Assembly: GCF_001194135.2 (NCBI RefSeq)
Contig: NC_068994.1
Span: 27,707,151 to 27,740,294 of the forward strand
Reading direction: 5' to 3'
Source: Octopus bimaculoides
Lineage: Eukaryota
Length of the DNA: 33,144 nt
The notes under the pieces were generated by a model. That model ran no database searches and was not told the origin of the DNA. It saw nothing but the letters and a program-made list of their open reading frames with translations. Numbering within the stretch: the first letter of the stretch is position 1; the number at the start of each line of letters is the position of its first letter. The position numbers and the translations under genes were made by a program. Below are positions 24,092-33,144 of this stretch, one piece after another.

Positions 24092-24425
24092 AAAAACTTA
24101 CCAGCCACACTCAATAAATAGGGTCCCAAGATTCCAAAATACTTCAGTGAATCCAGCTGTCCAGAGTTTGGATTATTCCACACATCAGCTAAACAACCTT
24201 AGTTTGCATGGAAACCGCAGGTCAGTAGCAACTCCTAAAGGGTTAAGAAACAGAAATGTGAATGCTTCTGGGGAACGCAGTGATCAAAATCAAGAATGTC
24301 AAATTTGTTTCCAGACATTAACATTTAAAAAGACACTGAAATGCAAGCATAGTTTTTGTCAACATTGTTTAGACACCTGGTTACACATCAAGAAATCTTG
24401 TCCTTTATGTCGTGCACCAGTATAA
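24092..24425 (+). CDS. Macrodomain-RING protein, terminal exon C (linker + C3HC4 RING finger, stop)
   Basis: Acceptor ttatttttcag| at 24091, phase 2 matches exon B. CQIC-x11-CKHSFCQHC-LDTWLHIKKS-CPLCRAPV*: RING-HC spacing with the E2-contacting Trp. Confidence 0.88.
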
Positions 24426-24485
24426 TAAACTATACAAGAATTGGTCCTGAAATACTTGCATACTTCTATCTATAAGTTTGTGATT

Positions 24486-24491
24486 AATAAA
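24486..24491 (+). terminator. Candidate polyadenylation signal of the macro-RING gene (second AATAAA at 24612-24617)
   Basis: AATAAA 60 nt after the stop codon, followed by a U/GU-rich stretch. Confidence 0.5.
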
Positions 24492-25416
24492 TATGTCAAT
24501 ATTTATCTCTTTCTACATGTTGTTGTTGAGTGCACATATGATCCAAGGTGACATCATAGGATATTTGAGAAGACCAACCACCATAAGCTTTGAGCTCTTT
24601 ATCTGAGAGTGAATAAAATATAGATGTTGAGGTTACTTTAGCTGTAGATTGTGCTCTATTCTTGCACTTAGTCTGAAAGAGAAAGTCTTGTTAAGTTAGT
24701 TATAACTTGGCAAGAAAAACACTTCAGATTTCATTTTACACTCCTCATGGTGACCTAACTCATCAAGCATTTCCTATGAACTAATTGTTACTGGCATAAA
24801 TCTTTAGCTGTTTCTTTAGATTCTGAAATTTACCCTCATGATTAAAGGTATTCCAGTCACAACCATGTCACGTTTAATTCCAAGGAGAGAAAATGTCTTG
24901 CAGCATTTATTATGATTTCATATTCACTGCTCATCTCATGAATTTTGATGAACTTTCACTTTCATCCTTCTAACATAGAACTGCTGATAAAATAAGTACT
25001 GGTCAACAAATACTGGGCTGGGCCAGTTAAAAAAGTAAAATAATGTTTGTTATGGATGTGTGTATGTGTGTGTCTGTGTATATANNNNNNNNNNNNNNNN
25101 NNNNNNNNNNNNNNNNNNNNNNNNNNNNNNNNNNNNNNNNNNNNNNNNNNNNNNNNNNNNNNNNNNNNNNNNNNNNNNNNNNNNNNNNNNNNNNNNNNNN
25201 NNNNNNNNNNNNNNNNNNNNNNNNNNNNNNNNNNNNNNNNNNNNNNNNNNNNNNNNNNNNNNNNNNNNNNNNNNNNNNNNNNNNNNNNNNNNNNNNNNNN
25301 NNNNNNNNNNNNNNNNNNNNNNNNNNNNNNNNNNNNNNNNNNNNNNNNNNNNNNNNNNNNNNNNNNNNNNNNNNNNNNNNNNNNNNNNNNNNNNNNNNNN
25401 NNNNNNNNNNNNNNNN

Positions 25417-25452
<36 letters not shown>

Positions 25453-25699
25453 GATTAAGAAGCGTTTTTTGTATTAGGTAAAGACTGCATCCAGCCATCA
25501 ACATCATTCAATGCATCACTGCATTTTCGTACTCAATACAGAATATGATATCTATATTTTTATCTCCTATTTACTATTGTAGAAAGGAATTAATGATAGA
25601 ATATTATAATTCATAACAGTCTTCCCTGCTGAGAAAAGTCAGTCCCAATGCATTTAAAACATATAGTCTTTTAGATAAGGGGTCCTGATCTCAGTTTTC

Positions 25700-27960
25700 T
25701 CGTCTCTTTTTGTCCTTGAATAGCTGGTGTTTTGTTACCCATATTATTCTTATTCAGGTACTCTTCATCAGTTGCTAATCTGCTCATGTTTTCATGTGCT
25801 GGACTGTGAACTCTGTTTCTTTGTAGATACGTTGATTCTATTGGTGTACTGCCAGGGTTGGTTCCCTGTTGATTGATTATTTGTGAGTCTTGTAGTTCTG
25901 TGTTGAACTCTGTTGAGTTAGCTCTGGTTGTGTTTGTGTGCTATTGTTGCTTCCTTGAATGAAAGAGAGTCCTGGTGGAGCGAGATTGTGTGTTGACACT
26001 GTATCCACTCATCTGTTTCCAAATTGTACGCAGGCAAAGTGGGGAGAAATCATCTCCAATAATTTAACATTTTCTACAAATGGATCCCACTTATTTCTGA
26101 GATGTCAGCAATGCAGGATTAAGCTTCCAGTATTCTAGAGGAATTCAGGTAGAATAGTTCTTACTGTTGATGATATTGAAGGTTTGAATATTCATTCATG
26201 AGTAGTTGTGTTGGTATCTGTACAGAGGAGTCCTCTCATGGCTGATAGTGCCATGGGAAGGGCCATCAACCATTGTCTTTTATTGAGTTGTAGAGAACAT
26301 AGTGCTAGATTTACGGTCTTCATGACGGTGCCCTTGGTCCTTTCATATTGGCCGTTGCCTTGACATTGATAGGAAGATGTTTGAGTTTTCATTGTCCCAT
26401 TAGTGTGAAGAAAGTCCTGGAGCTTCTTACCATCAAATTGGGTTCCTCTGTCAGAATGGATACATCTTGGTGATCCAAATAGTGAAAAGAGGTTGAGCAA
26501 GTGGGAAATTAGTTTTGGTACTCATGTCTTCACATGGGTATGCAAATAGGTACCTTGAGTACTCATCGACTGTTACCAATAGGTAGCGATATTGTGTGGT
26601 TGATGTCAGGGTACCAACAAAGTCGATTGAGAGGCATGATCTCAATGCCTGTATCAACTGATCCTTAAGGGGCTTATGGAAGCTGGGTTTGAGTTAGTTG
26701 CATGTAGAGTAAGTGAGTGTCATTTCACAGATTTTGTTAACAGAGAATGGCAGGTTTTTTACTTTACAGTAGTGAAGCAGCCATATCACTCTTGGGTAGT
26801 ACAGTTGTGTGTGAAGAGTTATCAGTGTTGTCATATCTCTTGTGGCTGCATATCTTGATAGTACATCTGCTGCTTTGTTTTAAATTCCTGGTGTGTACAA
26901 GATTGTATAATTTATGTCTGATAGGTCCAAGCGCCAGCATATAAGTTTTTCATTTTTGGTCTCCTTTGTTTGTTGAAGATCATTGCTACTGTGTATTGAT
27001 TGGTGACAATGTTGCAGTAAAAGGAAGCATGTATTAGGTGGCACTATTTGTGGCAACATTCTACAATTGCACAGGCTTCTCTCTCTACAATGACTTGGTG
27101 TTTTTCTGTCTTTGAAAGGGGTGTTGAATAGAAGGCTACTGGTCTTCCTTATTGTGACAGTGCCCCTCCCAAGGCTTACTTGGAAGCATCTGTTAGTGGA
27201 AAGCAGATAGTGGAACTGCAAGTTCGAGCATATCTAGTAGAGCTTATTACCTTTTAGGATCAGGTACTGCTGAATTTTCAATAATGTGTCTGAGGAAACT
27301 GATTTGCTTCTGAGAGAATTAGCTCTTGCCCTTGTTGATGGTCATGTCAGATGTTTCAGCTGCCTGGATAAATCTCCTGAGGTTATTGTCATATTTGTAT
27401 TACTCTGGGAAATTGTGGCAGCATTGGTACAACCAAAGGGGAGGCATTCAAACTCATACAGTCTCCCCACTGCTTCGATCACTGTCAGTTTATAGTCTTT
27501 GGGTAGAAGTTCCACCTGGTGACATGCAGGTGTCATGTCTATGTTGCTGAAAACCTTGTTTGCTGCTATTTCATTTAGAAGATCATTGATCCAGGGAGTA
27601 GGGTCTGTATCCAGTTGTGTGTAGATATTTATAGTGTTTGAGAAGTTGATCACCAGTCTTTTCTTCTTTTCATTAGATGTCACGAAGCTTTGAACTTGCC
27701 AAGAGCTATGGCTTTTCTAAATTATCTTCTCTGAAAGCAACCTGTCTATTTCATGCTTAATAAACTCTGCATCTCTAGGACTGCATCTTGAAGTTGTGAT
27801 TGGTTTGAGCTTAGAGGTCTTAAAGACTGGAAGTAGTTCATATGCAGTGCATTTGAGGCTTGACATGGACATGCAGAATGACACAGGCTTGTGCATGTCC
27901 TTGAATCTTGAAGTCAATTGTGACTGCTGAGTGTTGACTGAAGGTATCGATTCTGATGAT
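25700..27960 (-). mobile_element. Second, distinct Ty3/Gypsy pol relic (RT-RNaseH-integrase)
   Basis: KKRLVINFS..INIYTQLD, LPFGCTNA, TDASK.ALGG..SQ.GRPVAFYS, LSIDFVG...VDEYSRY, IHSDRGTQF, GNGQYER. Many stops; the catalytic RT motif appears deleted. Boundaries approximate. Confidence 0.85.
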
Positions 27961-27979
27961 GATTCAGTTCCAAGCAGTT

Positions 27980-29570
27980 GATCATTTTGCAAGCATCTGC
28001 CAACATCTTGTGGACTGGTTCAACTTTCGCAGGTGTCCCCAACATTTTAGCATCTCCCTGGCTGAACTCTCGGCTCTTCGATGTCTCCGATACCGCAAAG
28101 ATATTATCATAAAACCAGCCAACAAGGGTGGAGCCATGGTGGTGTGGCACACAGACCTCTGCAAGGCTGAAGCTCTCTGCTAACTTCAAGACACCTCTTT
28201 CTATAGCCCTCTGCCCTCCAATCTCATGCCTAACTACCAACAGATTGCATCCTCCACTATCCATGACCTCATTTCCTCCCACCACTTCCAACTTCATTGT
28301 CCACACTCCACACACCCCCACCATTTACTTCCAAAATCCACAAGCCCAACAATCCTGACCGCTCCATTGTCTCTGTCTGCAGCTGCCCTAAGGAATTGAT
28401 CTCTAAATACCTCAACCATGTCCTCCTTCCCCAGTGGCTTCCCTCCCCTCCCACATCAACAACACTAACTATGCTCTCCATCTTTTTAACTCCTTCTCCT
28501 TTCCTTCTGGCCCATCTAANNNNNNNNNNNNNNNNNNNNNNNNNNNNNNNNNNNNNNNNNNNNNNNNNNNNNNNNNNNNNNNNNNNNNNNNNNNNNNNNN
28601 NTTGATATCGAGTTTATATATGGTGATCCCACACAGCAAAAGACTTCTTGCATTGAAACACTTTCTGGACCTTCAACCCAACCCCCAATCTAACATCTCC
28701 ACACTTCTTTGTCTGGTTGAACTTGTTCTCTCCCTCAACTGCTTCTTGTTTGCAAGGAATTTTTACCAACAGATCTCAGGAGTGGCCATGGGAACGAAAA
28801 TGGGCCCCAACTATGCGAAACTGTTTGTTGGCTACGTTCAGGCCCAAATATTCTCACGATTCACTGGTCCCACTCCTGAACTATACAGTCATTATATTGA
28901 TGACTGTATCGGTGAAACCTCACTCTCCTGCAAACAGCTAGACTCCTTCCTCACTTTCGTCCAATCATTCCATCCTGCCCTTGAATTCTTCTGCATGATT
29001 TCTAACTCTTCCATCACATTTCTCGACATTTCTGTCAGTTTACACCATTCCGCTCTCACTACCTCTATCCACTACAAACACACTGACTTGCACTCTTACC
29101 TTAACTTCTCCTCCTCCCACCCTACCCACACCAAGCTCTCCACCCCCTACTCTCAATTCCTCCATCTGTGTAGGCTCTGCAGTGACAACCATGAATTTGA
29201 GACTCAGTCTCAACTCATGGTTCGCCACTTCATCCTTTGTGGATATCCCCTCACCACTATTCACACTGCCCTTGCCAGGGCACGTTCCATGGACCACCAT
29301 TGCCTGTCTCCTATTTCCCCTCACCTATCACCCCTCCAACACACCATTCTCCGAGCCTTCTGGTGATTCCAGTCTGACCCCTCCACCTCACACATCTTCC
29401 CCAACCTATTCCTTCCCTCCTTCAAATGAGCCCACAACCTGCATGAGCTCCTGGTCCACAGTTTCTTCCCTAACTCCATCTCCCAGCCTGGCTCATTCCC
29501 GTGCTTCCATCCATACTGATGTACTTGCCCCTACCTCTCCAACACCACCCTCTTCACATTTTCACTCCAC
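27980..29570 (+). mobile_element. Penelope-like retroelement RT, Neptune-like, truncated before the endonuclease
   Basis: IIIKPANKGG, KIHKP, QQISGVAMGTKMGPNYA, YIDD, FLDI, SYLNFSSSHP..PYSQFLHLCRLCS, followed by a Cys linker GSFPC....CTCPY. Confidence 0.85.
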
Positions 29571-29616
29571 CCTAACACACATGTATGTGTGTGCAGGTGT
29601 ATAGATTGTTTTGATC

Positions 29617-29884
29617 TGGGGTGGAGTGAAAATAAAAAATTGTGGAAATTGAAAATGCCTGAGGCCTAAAATCTTGCTATATATGATTACTAGAAAAATG
29701 CAAATTTTTGCTTAGATCAGTCAAGGGCATTTACTCCCTCAAGTAAATGCCCTTGAGGGAGTAAATAAATGCCCTTCATTGATCTCAGCAAAAATTTAAG
29801 CATTTTTCTAGTAATCAAATATAGCAACATTTTAGCCCTCAGACATTTTCAATTTCCACAATTTTTTATCTTCACTCTACCCTA
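29617..29884. mobile_element. 268-bp near-perfect hairpin MITE
   Basis: Arms 29617-29743 and 29752-29884 are reverse complements around an 8-nt loop (TAAATGCC). Termini TGGGGTGGAGTG/CACTCTACCCTA. No TSD detected. Confidence 0.8.
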
Positions 29885-30339
29885 ATACATATTTATAGAA
29901 AACAATTATTTTATTCCACACAGGTAGAAATATAGGGAAAATAGAAGTGGAAAATGTACTGAGAATAGTTCAAATATGTTTTATTAATATATTTAAAGAT
30001 AGAAAGATAGAAATATATTTAAAGATAAAAAGACATGGCTAATGTCACAGCTGTCTTGCTTCTGACTTTGAAGTTTGCCCTATTTTTATAGGGAGTTCAT
30101 GGCTCCTAATTAGTATATGTTTTGAATAGGATTTGATTGGTAGAGGATAGTCACATGACTGGTCTTGGAAATTTTTGTAGGTTCCCTGCTACATCCATGT
30201 GTTAGAATCAAGTGACAATGCTTGATGTAGTAAGTTAAGGCTGACATGGTTGACTGAACATGTCCAAGCAATCAATGCTCTGAATGTTTTCTGTCAAGTG
30301 TCAGTAGAGAATGAACACACAATTAAGTTTATAACCTTC

Positions 30340-30677
30340 TGTATGTTTCCCACTAAATCCTTGCATTAGTGTCGCATGACATAATATATTGCGCCTAAAA
30401 AGAAGGTTGAAACAGTTGAGTGGACATGTTTGGTTATAATCAAGGCACTCCAAATTTAATCTGTCTGTTTATGAAGTTATAAACTTAATCATGTGTTCAT
30501 TCTCTAGAGTCAGAAGCAAGACAGCTGTGACATAAGACATATCTTTCTATTTGAACTTTTTGAAAATCAGTGTAAACTGTAAAACTAGTTTAAGCTTTAA
30601 ATATATTGATAAAAAATATTTTAAATATTCTCAGTGCATTTTCAACTTCAATTTTTCCTATACACACATATGTGTAT

Positions 30678-30711
<34 letters not shown>

Positions 30712-31135
30712 ATATGTATAGTCCGTTCTGTCTGTCTGTTTGTGAGCTTATAACTGGAGTATTGCTCACCCAATCGCACTGAAATTTAAAACATGGATAC
30801 GTGACAGAGCTGGCCGTTCCGTAATCTAAGAACATTTTCAAAATAGTTAGTTTCAAGGTGAGAATCGCTATTTTTGTAATCTTTTTGTCCTGTTTGTTCC
30901 GCCATTAAAATCAATCAGTTGCATACACATGGAGTGCCTTGATTATAACCAAACATGTCCACTCAACTGTTTCAACCTTCTTTTTAGGCGCAATATATTA
31001 TGTNNNNNNNNNNGCATACACATGGAGTGCCTTGATTATAACCAAACATGTCCACTCAACTGTTTCAACCTTCTTTTTAGGCGCAATATATTATGTCATG
31101 CGACACTAATGCAAGGATTTAGTGGGAAACATACA
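30340..31135. repeat. Perfect 113-bp inverted repeat pair (30340-30452 and 31023-31135)
   Basis: Base-by-base comparison shows the two segments are exact reverse complements. Confidence 0.92.
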
Positions 31136-31994
31136 CAACCGGCACATACACATGCACACACACACACAAGCACATGCACGTCCATTTCATATAGACATAT
31201 ACACATCTTTCACTTTCTTTCTCTGTTCTTTTCGCTTATCTTCAATCAACTATTGTAAAAATTTTATACTATTACATCACATTTTCCATGTGTGTGTACC
31301 TTCACTCACTCACTCCATCTCTCTTTCTCACCCTCTTTCCCTCTCACATACACATGCGCAAGCACGCATGTATGCGCGCGCACACACATACACACACACA
31401 CACACGTCCATTTCATATAGACGAACATACACCTTTCACTTTCTTTCTCTGTTCTTCTCGCTTTCTCTTCTTTTGAAAGTTTGAAAGAAGTCTGTCCTCA
31501 ACAGACACATACACGTCCATTTCATATAGACGTATATACATCTTTCACTTTCTTCTCTGTTCTTTTTGCTTATCTTCAATCAATTCTCGTAAAAATTTTA
31601 TACTATTACGTCACATTTTCTATAGGTGTGTGTACCTTCACTCTATCCCTCTTTCTCACCCTCTTTCTCTCTCACATACACACACACACAGGCATGCACA
31701 CATGCTCACACACACACATCCATTTCATATAGACATACATACGTCTTTCACTTTCTTTCTCTATTCTTCTCGCTTTTTCTGTTCTTCTCGCTTTCTCTTC
31801 TTTTGAAAGTTTGAAAGAAGTCTGTCCTATACATATATATTCCTCATGCATTTCAAAAACGGATTACAGATTTTGATGTATGGAGTAAAAGTAACAACCT
31901 CATACACTAACCAAACATCTCCACAACTTAACACAGTCCAAGTTAACTCTCTTCACCTATACAAACTGTCCAATGGACGGGGTGTCGTTTGCTA

Positions 31995-31995
<1 letters not shown>
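30709..31995 (+). mobile_element. Non-autonomous Helitron-like element with internal tandem repeats
   Basis: A|TC 5' junction in a (TA)n tract, ctgtctgtctgt subterminal motif, 3' ...GCTAG|T with a weak GC hairpin. Internal units start at GTCCATTTCATATAGAC (~31180, 31406, 31515, ~31718). Confidence 0.55.
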
Positions 31996-32033
<38 letters not shown>

Positions 32034-32034
<1 letters not shown>

Positions 32035-32143
32035 TAGCAGCTAAGCCCGGTTTCACCCGGTCTGTTTGGATGATGTGGCTGTGATCGTTTTTGGGTTCTC
32101 TGTTTCGATTGGAGCCTCCAGCTGTATGAAAATTTTCTGACAT
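32034..32143 (-). mobile_element. 3' end of a second Helitron-like element
   Basis: Minus strand reads CCGGGTGAAACCGGGCTTAGCTG-CTAG|T: GC-rich palindrome-like stretch followed by CTAG. The remainder is lost in the N gap. Confidence 0.5.
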
Positions 32144-32379
32144 NNNNNNNNNNNNNNNNNNNNNNNNNNCCCCAGCAGAAAACAGCTTCAGGAGTTGTGA
32201 AGAACAAATTTGTATAGTCTAATCATTAAAACATTGATTTAATTATGAACATAGAAAGAAATTATACATTAATCCCTATTTTTGTAAGCAGTTGTATCCG
32301 TAAAAATTTTATTTACAGAGAGCAGAAATTGAAAGAAGATATATGAAATGGATGTGTGTATGTGTGTGTTTCCGGCTAA

Positions 32380-32389
32380 TTTGGCGGGA
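32380..32389 (+). promoter_or_regulatory. Candidate E2F site upstream of the UNG-like exon
   Basis: TTTGGCGGGA ~75 nt upstream of the ATG, in a locally CpG-containing stretch of an otherwise AT-rich region. Confidence 0.4.
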
Positions 32390-32462
32390 GTTTTGCAGTG
32401 AGCATGAGGTGGTTTGTGTTTATCTCTCGAGTCGAATTGTTGTTAATTTGTCTGTAATAACA

Positions 32463-32537
32463 ATGCCCGGACAAGTCAAAATATCTTCGTTTTTTACTCC
32501 TTCGCCTGCAGTAAAAGGAGCCAGGAGCCCTTCTCCG
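32463..32537 (+). CDS. UNG: First coding exon of a probable nuclear uracil-DNA glycosylase (UNG2-type N-terminus with PCNA PIP box)
   Basis: ATG..CCG|GTAAGT (phase 0) encodes MPGQVKISSFFTPSPAVKGARSPSP. QxxIxxFF is a PIP box, and the peptide parallels human UNG2 MIGQKTLYSFFSPSPARK. Catalytic exons lie outside the window. Confidence 0.65.
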
Positions 32538-32826
32538 GTAAGTTGAAGAAACAATAAGAATATTTTAATATGTTTCAGCTTCAGTTTATATTTTATATGT
32601 TACCAGACAGTGTGTTTATAGTTAATAAAGTATATTAACACAGGTGCCTCTCTCCTAACTTCCAGAAAAATTGATATTTTTTAATGAAATTTTCCACAAA
32701 TACATTTTAGATGGTGTGGATTCCGATTATATCAGAATTTGTCGTGAAAAATATTTCCGTGGTTGCAGAGAAAAGTTTCGGAAATTTTACAAACACACAC
32801 ACACACGTGTGTATATATATATATAT

Positions 32827-33144
32827 CATCATCATCATCATCATCATCGTCGTTTAACATCCACTTTCCATGCTAGCATGGGTTGGACGATTTGACTGAG
32901 GACTGGTGAAACCGGATGGCAACACCAGGCTCCAGTCTAATTTGGCAGAGTTTCTACAGCTGGATGCCCTTCCTAACGCCAACCACTCAGAGAGTGTAGT
33001 GGGTGCTTTTACTTGTCACCCGCACGAAAACGGTCATGCTCGAAATGGTGTCTTTTATGTGCCACCTGCACAAGCCAGTCCAGGGGCACTGGCAACGATC
33101 TCACTCGAAAATCCTACGGGAGCCAGTCAGGCGGTACTGGCAAC
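32827..33144 (-). mobile_element. RTE-tail SINE-like repeat (same family as 22806-23255), extends past window end
   Basis: (CAT)n tail and shared ttccatgctagcatgggttggac...ctggatgcccttcctaacgccaacc core. Confidence 0.8.

Noticed and set aside
30921-31096. 83-bp direct duplication (30921-31003 = 31014-31096)
   Set aside because: Identical sequence on both sides of a 10-N gap is typical of unmerged overlapping contig ends.
31180-31830. Repeated units that might suggest a CRISPR-like array
   Set aside because: The units are long and degenerate, without unique spacers of constant length, in a eukaryotic context; they are internal tandem repeats of a Helitron-like element.

Overview
AT-rich, gapped eukaryotic (animal) genomic DNA dominated by (TA)n/(CA)n microsatellites and nested, decayed transposons. 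The repeat repertoire resembles what I recall of octopus/cephalopod genomes; this is an inference, not a database result. No prokaryotic operons, CRISPR arrays, rRNA or tRNA genes are supported. Two host genes were reconstructed by hand, both on the + strand. (1) A three-coding-exon gene (17023-17788, 19368-19551, 24092-24425; phase-compatible GT-AG introns; 427 aa) encoding a divergent macrodomain followed by a C-terminal C3HC4 RING finger. (2) A first coding exon (32463-32537) with a PCNA PIP box that closely resembles the N-terminus of nuclear uracil-DNA glycosylase UNG2. Mobile elements include an RTE LINE fragment, a full-span Tc1, an internally deleted mariner, two hAT relics, three Penelope-like retroelement relics (Naiad-like and Neptune-like), two Ty3/Gypsy relics, tRNA-type SINEs, RTE-tail SINE-like insertions, Helitron-like elements and a 268-bp hairpin MITE. 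Two copies of a foldback MITE family (GGATCTTT termini, 8-bp TSD) carry telomere-like TTAGGG repeats at their centre. All domain calls come from motif recognition by eye.
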